A stretch of DNA of 62,154 nucleotides from Guillardia theta CCMP2712 (GCF_000315625.1 NW_005434564.1:59079-121232); one strand, 5' to 3'; shown: positions 1 to 16,048, numbered from the stretch's first letter. The notes: generated by a model from the letters alone, not told the origin. Numbers and translations are program-made.

Positions 1-39
1 GAGGAGGAGGAGGAGGAGGAGGAAGAGATCTGTTGTATG

Positions 40-3580
<3,541 letters not shown>

Positions 3581-3682
3581 CTTCGTGATGTTTCGCTCAC
3601 TTCCTTGAGGCCCTCGGAGGCAACAAAAGAACCAGAAAGAAGGTCTGAGGCACAGGAAGAGCGAGCGAAAATCAGAGGAGGG

Positions 3683-3830
3683 GGAGAGAGGAGAGAAAGG
3701 GGAGGAAGAAACGGAGGGAGAGAGAGGAGAGGAAGGGGAGGAAGAAACGGAGGGAGAGAGAGGAGAGGAAGGGGAGGAAGAAACGGAGGGAGAGAGAGGA
3801 GACGAAGGGGAGGAAGAAACGGAGGAGGGG
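3683..3830. repeat. Purine-rich minisatellite, about 36-bp unit, about 4 copies
   Basis: Unit GAGAGAGGAGAGGAAGGGGAGGAAGAAACGGAGGGA repeated. Confidence 0.85.
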
Positions 3831-3934
3831 GAGAGATGAGGGGGGGGAGGGAGGAGAACAAAGAAGGAAACAAGGGGGGGGGGCTGGGGGGGGGGGTGAG
3901 ATGGAGGAAGTTGCCCAAAGGCTGCTCGGTTTTG

Positions 3935-4200
3935 AATCCGGGCCGGCCCGGCCCGGGCCGCGCTGAACGGAGGGCGCTCGGAACTTGTACCCCCCGGGCC
4001 CGGGCGTAACGGTGGGGGCGGCCACGCCGCCGGGCCGTGACGGGCTGTTGGCCCGGGCGTATGAAAGTCACTGAGTTACTGAGTTCCACACCGTGCGTGA
4101 CCGTCTGAAAACATGCGGCGTTTGCCAAGCTCAGCGGCTTGTCACGCACCCGCGCGGGCCGATCATCATGGCATCCGATGATCGCCGGATGGCCGGCTTA
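3935..4200. other. GC-rich palindrome-dense island in a divergent intergenic region
   Basis: CCGGGCCCGG, GGCCGGCC and GTCACTGAGT words shared with other islands in the window. Confidence 0.6.
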
Positions 4201-4648
4201 TGAGTAGTCAATAGCCGTCCCTAAGCGCCTAATATTTGGCCTTCGGGTCCTCTGCCGTAGGAATTTTTCATAAAACAATCCTGAGGCGAACCTGGCTTGC
4301 ATGAGGAGTTGGGAATAAACTAAAGATTAGGGAGCCACTCGGAAAATGCGTTAAAATATATATTCACTAAGAGTTGTGATTTCAGATTGTCTGCTGAATT
4401 TAAAATGATTTATTTATATGAAACGATGCAGAAATAAATCATTCAGAGTGAGATTGACTGCCTATTACAATAGTTTTATACACCTATTCCTCCGTTTCCT
4501 TCCCCTCTCTTTCTCTCGATCCTCGTCTACTCCGTCTCAGCTCTCCTCTCCCCCCCCCGCCTCCCCCCGTCCTTTCATAGCATCAGCTCTTAACCTCTGA
4601 CAGTCTAGCAGACAAGCCCTGAGTTCCTGTCCTCCTGGTCGCTCATAG

Positions 4649-5388
4649 ATGCTTTGCGTCTCTCAAACGGGCAGTTTCTCTTCATTGTTCGAAGGGGATG
4701 CGGTGGAAGACGAGTTCTTTACCAAGTTGATAGATGATTATGTCGATGTTGACAGTCATGCTGGTCGACATGGAGAGACGAGCTACATTCCAGAGACGAG
4801 CCAAGAACCTGAGAGCAAAAAAGAGGATAAGGAAGAGCTCTTTCAAAGCTGCCCCGATTTTGAGCACCTTGATGTGCGGCAGAGCTCTCCCTTGAACGCA
4901 GCTGTACAAGAGGAAGAAAGTGAAGTTTTCCATCGAGTTTTCAACAGCTCTTCCTCTTCTTCTTCTTCCTCTTCTTCAGATGATTCCCAGCCTTGGCCGG
5001 CGCCGATGGCTACACTCGAGAAGAGGAAGAGGGCTGTGGCGGCTAGTAGCATATTGATCCAATCACGGCAAGGAAAGCACTCATCCGGGCTTCCAGTGAA
5101 CATCACCATGAAGCTATTACGATCTCACTTCCACGAGACGCTTGAAACAGCTGCAGCCAAGATCGTAAGTTGATCCCCTCCTCCTGCTCCTCTCGCTGAC
5201 TCTCTTGGGACTCGCAGGGGATCGGCAAGTCCACGATGAAAGTGGTGTGCCGGAAACTCGGGCTGAAGAAGTGGCCCTACACCAACAAGGGAAAGAAGAG
5301 GACGGAGAAGAAGAAGGCCCTTGTGAAGTTGGAACAAACCTTGCGTCAGTCGCAGCAACAACAACTCCTTGCTGCAGGAAGAAAGTAG
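4649..5388 (+). CDS. RWP-RK family transcription factor, variant copy 1 (exons 4649-5164, 5218-5388)
   Basis: ITMKLLRSHFHETLETAAAKI|GIGKSTMKVVCRKLGLKKWPYTNKG; 53-nt phase-0 GT-AG intron. Confidence 0.92.
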
Positions 5389-6231
5389 AGATGAGTGACA
5401 TGTGCGTGGGAGAGCGAGGAGGTCAATGGAGGAGGATCAGAGGTTTGCTCTCGTAGGTGCGCTAAATTTTTAACGATGGACAAGTTGTCGGCACGATTGT
5501 GTGCCCGTGCAGGACCGATTGGTGTGTGTAATATTACCGTGTCTCCTTTGGAGCATGTGATATTTAAGTAAATACTAACAAACACACCAGCATTGCTCAA
5601 ATATACATGAACCCATCATCACCGCAAAAACCAACGGCACACACGCACATATCAGGCGATCAAAAGACTTGCAGGATCAAAACAGAAGACATCGGTTGAT
5701 TGGCTGCCCCAGTATGCTCGACCTCATGCATTCAGATTGGTGACGATTGGGACTTGCTGGCTTATCTAGCGTTCGGCCGAACGATTTGAGCATGATCGTG
5801 AAGAGATGTTTAGAGTAATACTTGTCAACATGACTGGAATGACTCGGATACGAGAGAGATCCAGGGCGAGAGGGAGAATACAGTAGTGGAAGTCAGATCA
5901 AGAGAAGGATAGATGGGGAAGGTATGGGTCATGATTTGTCATCGAGCAGAAAAGGAAACACTTCTGTTTCATTTCAACTTGCTCGCTTTAACGAACGAAT
6001 CGAATCAATCAAGTAATGCACTGTTGAAGGACATAAACATGCTTCTTGTTCAGAAATCCATCAGGAGCTTCCTGCCAATCGCGCACATGCCAACTTTTCA
6101 ACCCCATTTCATCATTCCCTCTGTCCTCCAATCTCTCTGTCTCCCTATCTTTCTCCACGATCTGGCAATTTCTCCCCCCATGATGATGGTGCAGGTGATC
6201 TGCCATTGGAGACTCGTCTTTTCAACGGTTA

Positions 6232-6675
6232 TCAGTCTTTCTCACTCTTCGCACCCTCCGTCTTCTCCCCTTTCCCTCCTCCCGCTGACTTGCATGCGGA
6301 GCGAGGAACGCCCTTGTTCGTGTACGGCCACTTCTCAACCCCGAGCTTGCGGCACACCATCTTCAGAGTCGACTTCCCCAGCCCCTGCCCAGCAAGTCAG
6401 CTCTCCTCCTCCTCCTCACCTCACCTCACGATCTTGGCCGCAGCCTCCTCTATCGTTTGGTGGAAGTGCTGTTCCAGAAGTTCTCGGGTGACTGTCACGA
6501 CCTTTGCCTTGCCATCCCTGTGGTTCCGAGTCTTTATGGTGATGGCAGTCTCTGCGGAGGACAGCGAGTCGCTGCTGTTGTGGTCCTCGGCTTCCTGCTC
6601 TTCGAAGATCCGGTCGATATCTTCTTCTTGTAGGACAGGTTGGGAGGAAGCAAGGAACCGATCCACGGAAGACAT
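6232..6675 (-). CDS. RWP-RK family transcription factor, variant copy 2 (intron 6385-6429; start codon uncertain)
   Basis: VTRELLEQHFHQTIEEAAAKI|GLGKSTLKMVCRKLGVEKWPYTNKG. Confidence 0.88.
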
Positions 6676-8134
6676 TCTTACGTTCTTTCCCGCATCTAGA
6701 ACGCTTCGAAAAGTTCTCAACCTGCTAGAAGTTGAGCAAATTGTCGTTGCACGTGCATGGCGGAGGGGGAGAGGGCTTTCGAGAGTCTAGCAGAATTCTC
6801 ATGCAACAACAGCATTCACAAGAGATTAATGATCATCTCTCTCAATAAAACCTTTGCAACTGAGATACGAGGAGGAACATAGTCACATTTTGGCTTATTC
6901 GGCACGCTATGATGCGAATGCAAGAAACAAATTCTATTTGGCGAAATGAACGAAGGTTATGATCGGGGCGCAAAGGACATCAAGGAGAAAAGCAAGAAGC
7001 AGAAGCAACACGCCACAGTTGCATGGATAATACTAACATCCAAGACCCATAAGAAAAAGAAGGAAACGACAAAAGAGGAAGATTATATGCGGCTGGATCG
7101 GGGCTGTTAGTCAGTCCAAGGATGTTCATTGGGAGCTCGAGCATACAGACATTCTAAGAGGATTCTAGAGGGAGGAAGAGGAGGATCGAGAAAGAAAAAC
7201 ATGACCTACAGCGGAAATAACTCGTGGGTTGTCCGGTAGGGGAGGGGGCGGGATGGTAAATCGTCGGGGACGGAAGGGGAGGACCAGTTCCTACACCAAC
7301 GTGAAAGGGCCATAGGGTTAATTAACAGCTATAGGGACTTCCCATTTTTATTAGGGGTTTATTAAAATCTGCCATGAAAAATTTGTCCCTTTTTCTGGTA
7401 CAGGAGTTTGTGTGAATCGATGATTCACACCGCACATAATTAAAATACACTTCACTGAACTTCTGGTACTATTTTGTACCAGGAAATACATCTGGGTACA
7501 GACCAAACGGAAATGTCAAGAGGTAAGCTCTCGAGAAGTCAGAGATGCGGTCTCTTCATAGTCACGTTATCGGCCAACGATGGTCAGGTTACCAAGGTAA
7601 CCTGACCTAGCGACGGTCACGGAGATATATCTTGTTTACAATGTTTTTGCCGTGGTGTAACAATAAAAACACTTTTAAGGTTGACGTGCATTTTGAACCG
7701 ATCTGGATTCCAGTCTTAGGACGAATGATGACCGGAAGTTGATCGAAAGGGTGAGAATTTTACTTTCTTTACCTGAGTACGACGTGCAATTCCCGAAAGG
7801 CTACAATATCATGGCTGTTACTGTTGTCGTGCGAGCGATGAAAACTCTCTTTTTCATTTCAGCACATGTCTCCCCTGCCCCAGTCGATATAAGACTCCAT
7901 TCGTCTGGGCTTTGCTGAACCCCTTCGCCCCTCCTGCTCTCCACATTGTCCTCGACCAAGAGCCCCACTCTGATCTTCCTTTCTCTAGCTCTCCTTTCTT
8001 CACTTCCGTTCCTTCTGCACCTTTTTGAGCGCCTTGCTTGATCTTTCGTTGCCTCAACATCCCCCTCATCTCCTCAGCACTTCTCTGTACTTCTCGCGAC
8101 TTCTCTGGATCCCAAAGACCTGTCAAAGCTTGCA

Positions 8135-8695
8135 ATGGTATCATACGCCGAGATGCTCCCTATGGATAGCCCTATTATTGAGCCTGGCTTTGATTTTAAC
8201 AGCTTCATGCTAGAAATTGAGATGAGCAATGACTTCCAGCACTTGCATCAAACACATACCGATCCTACTCTGAAGTTGTCGCTGGAGGCAGTCTCAAGCC
8301 CAGACTCAAACTTCAGCGGTAATGAGTGTGCGTCGTCAACATCACAACCAAGTTCGGATGAAGGCGTGGCAGTTCGTGTCAAATGCAGCAACTCAGCAGA
8401 GCCGACCAGGAAGCTTATCATTACGAGGTCAATGCTTGAGCAATACTTTCACGAGTCCATCGATTCCGCCGCCTTCAAACTTGTGAGTGATTCTTCTCGA
8501 TCAATCATTTTCATCATTGCTCCACCTTTCTCCCTGATCAATCATTTTTTTTTGCTAACTTGATCCTTGTAGGGGATAGGGAAGAGCACGATGAAAGTTA
8601 TTTGCAGAAGATTAGGGGTCCAGCGATGGCCTTACACGAACAAGGGCATCCCTCGCAAGAGGAAATGTGGTGTTAGCACAACAAGCCTGGCATAA
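8135..8695 (+). CDS. RWP-RK family transcription factor, variant copy 3 (intron 8483-8572)
   Basis: ITRSMLEQYFHESIDSAAFKL|GIGKSTMKVICRRLGVQRWPYTNKG. Confidence 0.92.
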
Positions 8696-9279
8696 AAGTG
8701 GCTTTCACTGCATCGAGGTGCTCGCAAACCATGTTCCCTTTCTCTTGTTTTGTATTTCAGACTGTATAAACTTAACATTGCCTTCGAGATTATACTCGGG
8801 TATTGCCTACGAATAATTCGCATGTACTTGTTGTGAAAACATTGAAATTCGCAAAGATCAAGTCGATAAATATCATTTATTGTATCGTTTCAAAATCTGT
8901 AGATGCGTATTCACCAAACGTTGACGTACATCATGGCATTCTATTGCAGCATTTTACCCATTTCAAGTTTATGAGTATGTTTTGCTTGTTATAACATCAA
9001 CAACATCATCTACGCCCTTTAGCACGTGATGGCAAGTGTTGACAGGCTCGACCACCATGCACAAGCATTTCGACTTGTAGTCTAAAAAAACCTTGGGGAA
9101 CTTTCAAGTCACGAGCAGGAATGATTTGCAGTCATGTTTACTTGATATATCAAGATCACACCGTTTCCTTCCAGCAACGTTTCGTTGTATGCCAAAAAAT
9201 AAAAATCATCGTTTCGAATAAAATAGATTTATGGCTTGTTGACGTGCCAAGGCTAAAACTACAATTTATCTCCCGGAGG

Positions 9280-9850
9280 CTCGGAGTCACGGCGGTGTGA
9301 CCGGCGCCGATGCCACCCGGCGGCTGGCGGATACACTGATGGGCCGCAGCGGGGCCGGCTGTCCGCCGGACAGGCGGCCGCGGCCGGGCGCCGCGCGCGG
9401 GCCGGGGGCTGAGGATACGCGCCGCCGGCGCGGCCGCTACGGTAAGTCACTGAGTGCCGGCCGCCCGGCCCGGCCGCATTACCAACAGCAAGCCGGAGTG
9501 TGTGACCCGGTGACCCGCGGCGCGGCGCCGCCGGGGCCGGCCGTCGGATTCCCCTGAGCCTCCGCTGGCCCAGCCTGGAGCCTGCAGTCCGATCCGGCGA
9601 GCCCGGCCTGCTACTATGGTAAACCCGGTCCGACGTCTCAAACTCCCGGTCTGGTCCGGCCCCGGTGGCCCGGGAGTGGCGCCGCCGCGCCGCTGTTCGA
9701 CTCGGGGAGTCCCGGCCGGAGTCCGATCCGATGATCGGACAGTAAGTTACTCAGTCAGAGTCAGGGTGACACGAAGAAGTCAGTCACACGGTACGGTATC
9801 ACCGGCGGTTTGACCTTTTCGAAACGCCGCTAGTGGCCGGGCCCGTGAAC
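9280..9850. other. GC-rich palindrome-dense island
   Basis: Very high GC; CCGGCCCGG, GCCGCGGC, GTCACGG and TCCGATCCGAT words; no credible protein. Confidence 0.65.
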
Positions 9851-10234
9851 CTGGCACTACGGAGGCTAGTGCGGCGGAGGCTCTACGGAGCGCCGTAGCT
9901 GGCGTAGGTGCAAAAGTTCCTACCTCCTTTATTCAGCATCGTTTCGCAAGATAGAGCCCCTTCGTATCATGACCGTCGCTAGTTGCTGACCGAGGCCGGT
10001 AAACCCCGATCTTGGCAACGACGCCTTCTTCAAGGTCAAAAGAAGGGTGGGGTGGTTTTGGAACAGTATATTCGGCAAAGTCCGATTATCGCATGTTTGA
10101 CGAGCTTTACACCTCATTTATAAACTTCTTTTTAAAAAGACGGAGCTTCCGGCAATAGCTGTTTTGAAAGAAGGTCAATTTTTGAAAAGATCTATTTTCA
10201 ATTTCCATTCCCAGGCGGTAGCGTGACACTGTCC

Positions 10235-10242
10235 TATATAGA
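10235..10242 (+). promoter_or_regulatory. Candidate TATA box for RWP-RK copy 4
   Basis: TATATAGA about 150 nt upstream of the ATG at 10390. Confidence 0.3.
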
Positions 10243-10389
10243 GTACACCCGCCTGGCCGACTGGCACGCTGCAAGCTTTGCTGTAACTCTCACCCACAGT
10301 TCCATTTTCTGCTCCTCCCGACTCTCACATATCCCAAACACACATCCCAAACACATAGCATCTGAAATCTTTCCCCAACGACAAGAAAA

Positions 10390-10964
10390 ATGAGCTACAC
10401 CGATGACATAGATAACCTGATGCTTGCAAAGTTATACAATCCCATGTGCTTCACGCACTCGACTCCCAGTACTAGCGATATCTATTGGTGTTGCCAAAGT
10501 GAAAAAGAAGTATACTCAATCTTCCAAGAAGATGCTCTTCTCGACTTTGAGCAAGAGGATGAGAATGAAGATGAGGAGACCCAGGATGAGGAGGACACCA
10601 GCTCCAAAAACAACTCCGATTCCTGCATGAGCGAAGAAACATGCCCGTCGCAGGCAAAGACTCTCAAAGAACTTGAAGAGAGCGACTATGTCATCATCCA
10701 CTCCAGGAGAGGGGACAGGGGTATGAGCAATCGCGTCATCATCACTCTTGACTTGGTCAAGAAGCACTTCCATCTAAGCATCGAAGATGCATCCTCTGCT
10801 CTGGTAAGGAACGACTTCTTGTTGTTCTGGTTGTCCTGACTTGTGTAACTCAGGGCATTGGAAAGTCAACAATGAAGCATGTATGCAGGCGTCTTGGGCT
10901 TAAGAAATGGCCCTACACTCGCAAGGAGCAGAAGAACAAGAGGAGCGCTGCTGCGCGAAGATGA
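10390..10964 (+). CDS. RWP-RK family transcription factor, variant copy 4 (intron 10804-10853)
   Basis: ITLDLVKKHFHLSIEDASSAL|GIGKSTMKHVCRRLGLKKWPYTRKE; acidic N-terminal half. Confidence 0.92.
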
Positions 10965-11751
10965 AGCAGCAGGAGCATTGCCTTTTTCCCCAAGCACTGC
11001 AATGGCGGCAGCCGATAGCATTGAAACATTACCTGTAATAAAGACTTGAACATATGGCACGAAGCCTCGATGCATCTTCTAGGGGTCTTGTTTTTTCTTG
11101 TTCTTGATTGTATGTAACAGTGATGCCTGATGCATTCCAGATGCCATGCATCGTGGAAATGGAGAAACACTTCACAGGAGTTCTTCTTGTCACGAAGAAT
11201 ATTTTCCTTCATAGTATGTGGATCATTCATCCTGTGGATATGTCTGTGTGGTCGGCTTTTTCTGTTTACTCAAAAACTTGGCAGAAACAAGTCAAGCTCG
11301 ACAGAAATGTAAAAAACATCAATAGATTTTTCAGGGTATAAGTGAAAAGAATGAGACCATGCACGGTTCTGAAGTGAACACGCAGTTGAAAACGAAGTAC
11401 ATTCCATCACCTAAATTTTCTGCTTGTGTTTCAATCCTTCACTTTTTGAAAGCCCTAACAGCACATTCGTCCGAGTCAAAAATCAGACTTGTTTGAAATC
11501 AATTCCTGCAAAAAAAGTTGAGTGGATTTGAATTTCGAAGGATGATTTGTTACTTAGTTGAATCCTTGGTATATCGTCTTTTGCCACCTACCAGTAGCCG
11601 GCATATTTGTCGACAGCTTTCATGCTTCAACGTCCAGACGCACTAGAACCCTATGGAGCAAAACATACAGCTGAATGCTTTCAAACTCTGCCTTACACCG
11701 TGCAACGATCAGTTTGAGTGAGATGCTGCAATGCAAAGCATCCTTCAGATA

Positions 11752-11849
11752 ATGGTTGAGGGATACATACGGTGCTATACCACATGCAAGCAAGAAAATC
11801 ATGGTTGAGGGATTCACGTGGTGGTATGCCACATGCAAGCAAGAAAATC
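11752..11849. repeat. Imperfect tandem duplication, about 49-bp unit, 2 copies
   Basis: ATGGTTGAGGG...CCACATGCAAGCAAGAAAATC occurs twice. Confidence 0.8.
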
Positions 11850-13526
11850 CCATGACGTTTGAGCAGTGCGTCCCTTGAGCAGAGGAAGATCATTCCCCCG
11901 CTTTCCAGCGCATGATAGATTTCCAGAACTGATAGCTATGCTATAACCAGTAGTGCTGATAGCTCGCCTCAGCTGTTCTCTGGGACACCTGGGGTGGAGG
12001 ATCAAGAGAAGAAGATTTCTGCCATGGATGGTCTTTCATCTTCTCAAGATCTCAGCTTCAAGCACATTTGGTACAGGCATGTTCGATGTCTCAATACCTC
12101 CATTACGTTCCGCTGCCATCGTGGCTTTCAAGCATCTCCCCCCTACCGGCCCCCGCCATCAGTTCAAGTTCTTTACCCAAAGTTAAGTTAAAAATCAGTA
12201 CGGGACACTGTGTCATTGGCACGGGCCGTGTGAGTCCGAGTGCTACTCAAAGTACTACTAACTTGTTTTGAGTGACTTAGCCCGAATGTTGAAGGCCGGG
12301 CCACAGGGCCCCGGTATCTTTTACTGCCAGCCACGGTGGCGGGGCCACGTGACTGCGGCGGCCCACGGCGGCTACCGTGAAAAAAAAAGTTTTGACCTCT
12401 ACGTGGCCCGTGTTCAAACTATTGGTTGTTTACAGCAGGAATCTATCGAGAACTTCGCTTCTTTGCGGTGCTAACGTACAAAATGCTTCGAGAGCTCGCG
12501 AGAGTCTCCACCGCAGCAGTAAACCAGCGAGGGGTTTATTGCTACCATCTATATTTCTCTTCGGTTTACTGCAGATTCTTCGGCAGTGCTACAGCCGGCG
12601 GCTCGAACCGTCCGATCGGCGCCGGCAGTCGAAGAGATAGAGAGGTCACGTGGAGCCGGATTGGCAGGATATAAAATAAGACCACCCGACCCCCAGAAAG
12701 AGCCCGACCCACCCGTTGTTCTGACTGTCCCGACTCTTGGTACGACATGCACAGTTTGCTAACTAAAGTTTTGAGTACAAATACTCGCTAAAAAAAATGG
12801 TGAGAACCAGCGTCGTAACTGCACCTCCCTCGGGGCGCTACCCCACTTACCCCAGGTGCTACACCCTACCCCTGCGACCGCCTATGTACCTTTATTGGTC
12901 AAAATGGATAAGCTTATTTGTTCCAAATCTTCAAACATGATCAAACAAAGATTGATATTTCAAAAACATTTCAAACCAACCACCTAAAATTTACCTATAC
13001 CCTACCCATTTATGTCCACCTACCCCTACCCACCTCGGGTATCCTTCCCGATCCCGCTGACTATAAGTGTATATATTATAGATATGGCTTTTGAGCCAAA
13101 AGACGTATATTCATACTTTACTCTGATATGAAGGTAATATCTGAGTACCCCACCCCCCCTCTCAAATGTTTATACCGGGTACAGAGCTCAAGAGGCTTTT
13201 TAAAAAGAGAGCTTTTCAACGCTTTTGTCAGCCTATGACTGTCTCAAACATCACGCCAACCCTTTCCCCCCCACAACCCCGGTAGAACACGTTTCTGCGC
13301 CTGTCCCAGCTCCTCTTAAAGCCTCCCCCCTGCCCTCCCTCTCCCTCACGCTCTAGACTTTAGGAGAAAACCCCCACCAAACCCCCAAGGACGTTTCCCC
13401 CTCTCCTTTCTTCTCTGACTACCAGCCGATTCTTCAACCAGTCACTTGCTTTCCTATCGAGTCAGCTTGATAAAGGGAAGAGCCTCGACTAGATCTTGAT
13501 ACATTTTCATTTTACACAAAGCAACC

Positions 13527-14134
13527 ATGTCCTTTTGTCTGGTTGAAGAAGAATCTTTTCTTGGCGATTACTGGAACCTCAGCTTGTTTGAGAGCATCCC
13601 ACAATGCAACTTCGTGGAAGAACACGAAGAGTTCGGTCTTGGGCAAGCAGCAATGGAGCAAGAAGGCCATGGGTCTACAAGAGAGAACATCGAAGAGTGC
13701 AGTTTCAACATTGACGAGATCTTCGAGGACTTCAATTGCCACAAGGAGGAGCCAAACCGTGATCAGGGAGTGATGGAAATCGCAAACAAGCTTCCCGGGA
13801 GTCAACACATCCGGCCATTGGGAGACGAGAAGACCGTCTATGTACGAGGAAGGAAGGAAGGGAGCGAAGGAAAGGTCGTTGAGATCACTAGGGAGATCCT
13901 TCAGGAGTTCTATGGACAGAAGATAGAAACAGTGGCTTCCCACCTGGTAAGAACTTATGAGTTTGCGACTTCCTCGAATTGCTGACATCAAAGTGCCTTC
14001 AGGGAGTAGGCAAGTCCACCATGAAGCTCGCCTGTCGCAGACTGGGGATCCACAAGTGGCCTTATACGAACAAGGGGGTCCGGAGGTCGGCTGACTGCCC
14101 GTACGGACGATGGAGCCTGAAGAACTCCTGCTGA
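13527..14134 (+). CDS. RWP-RK family transcription factor, variant copy 5 (intron 13947-14002)
   Basis: ITREILQEFYGQKIETVASHL|GVGKSTMKLACRRLGIHKWPYTNKG. Confidence 0.92.
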
Positions 14135-15349
14135 GAGGTTTTTGTTCCTGGGATGAGCGAAGGAGATTTCCACACACTGCTGCTTCTTGATAGATCATGG
14201 TTAGATTTGACGCCTAAACTGAATAAACGATTACAAGACTCGTGCTGTTCGGATCCCCCTGGTACATTGATGATGCTTAACGATTGCCCCTTGTCACTTG
14301 ACTTCTCGCGAACTCCGTCCTATGAAACAGATTCATTGTAACACTAACTTGCACTGCTCGACCTCATTCCGTTCTTGCTGCCAAGTTGAAATCTCGATTT
14401 TGCCGTCCTACTCCTCGTCAATGGTCAAGTTTCTTTCCGATTGTCCACGTTCACCTTGAAATTGCATGTTGCAGCTGCACTTTCCTTCCTTGACTTTGTC
14501 TGCTCCTGCTCTTCACGCTTTCGAATCTTTCTTTAGACAAACAAGTTTGCAGTCTGAATCTCTCTCAGCTCAACCAGAGGATGTTTCTATGGACATGTCG
14601 CTACTTTTCCTTTTCTGCTTCGCATGTTTTTTCCCGCGAAGGAACTTTCTCCTTCTTCGATCGACAGCACTTGCATCTGTGTTCCCCATCCTTCTCCATG
14701 GCATTCCTCATTCCAACTCTCTCAGCTGATTTGATGTATGATTCTACTCAGCATTCCATTGTTCGTTCTCACCCTGACTCTGCCATGACAGGCTCAATGC
14801 TGCCCCTTTCTTTGATTCGTGCAACCTTTTGTTTGTTGGCGTTTGTTTATCATTGCGTTTCTTTTGCAGCATTTCTGAACTCGCCCTCAGCCTGCACCTT
14901 GGTCCACTCCCATGTCTATCTCTGTCCTGATTCTCCATCTTCAGCCCTTCCTCGCAGCTCTCAAACTCGTTCCCCTGACCCCGCGCCCCCTGCTGAAACA
15001 TTCAGTTCTGTTTTTGTTCTCTGATTTCCTTGCCGAATTTTCAATTTTCCTCCGACTGGCGTTTCACAATTGCAGAAAGATTTTCTTTTCACTCTTTATC
15101 AATCCTTCCAAGTTCATACCATAGCTCGCATATCTTTTCTTGCATTGTTAGAATTGTCTGTGAAGAGAATTTCGATCTCCCAAGTGTACTCCGATGTCTC
15201 TACGCTCTAACCATTCCCGATCTCCAGTCTTTGAGAACAGAAGGAAACTGAAAGTTTAAAGCAAACCATATATTACAACCGAACTTTACAACCTCACAGC
15301 AGAGGGAACGAGGATCATCACTCGCATCCTCGATCAAATCTAGCACATC

Positions 15350-16048
15350 CTAAAACTTCGATGCGCTCGCGTGCCGACGACGGGGCATCCCCTTGTTCGT
15401 GTACGGCCATTTCTCAACTCCGAGCTTTCTGCAGACAATCTTCATGGTAGATTTTCCGATCCCCTGCTCCAAGTGTCAGATATGGTGACAAGGAAGGCAG
15501 CAAGTGCGGTCGACAAACAGGAGCAGACAGAAAGAGTTGGAGGAGGGAGGAGGGAGGAGGGGACAGAAAGAAATGAAGTGAGAAGTGAAGAAGCTTACAA
15601 TCTTTGCAGCAGCAATTTCCAGTGGCTCATGAAAGTGATCCGCAAGCATCTCGTGCGAAATCTCGACGGAGGGAGACTCCTGAACAGAGTTCTTCCTCCT
15701 CTTGGGGTAGACCTTGACTACGTTCTCCGTCTCCTCCATCTCTGCGTTCTCTTCCAAGTGGTGACCAGCTTCTAAGGCAAAAGACGGCAGCCTAGCTTGC
15801 ATTTCCATGGTCTCCTCGAAGAGCGGGTTCGAAGGAAACTCCAGGCTCTTGCTCTGTGCGCTCCTGCACACGTCGCAATCTCGGCTTGCAGAGCAACAGG
15901 ATGCGCAGCTCTTGAGGGACTCTTTGAGCTCGTCGGCCCAGTTGAAGACCTCCATCTCCTCGTCCATGGTAGCATGCATGCTAAGAAAATTGAAGTTCTC
16001 TATCTGAATGTCGCAGTGCTGGTCTTGGGGCAAGTCGATCATAGACAT
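15350..16048 (-). CDS. RWP-RK family transcription factor, variant copy 6 (intron 15464-15598)
   Basis: ISHEMLADHFHEPLEIAAAKI|GIGKSTMKIVCRKLGVEKWPYTNKG. Confidence 0.92.

Noticed and set aside
9259-9813. Arg/Pro/Gly/Ala-rich ORFs in GC islands (also 19639-20203, 40757-41489, 44657-45197, 54297-55224)
   Set aside because: Stops are rare at very high GC; no domain motifs.
12238-12787. Possible MITE bounded by TACTCAAA / TTTGAGTA
   Set aside because: The inverted match is short and imperfect, and no target-site duplication is evident.
4649-16048. Naming the cluster genes MID, RKD or NLP
   Set aside because: Orthology cannot be established by eye; no PB1 or GAF-like region, and the core motif is variant.
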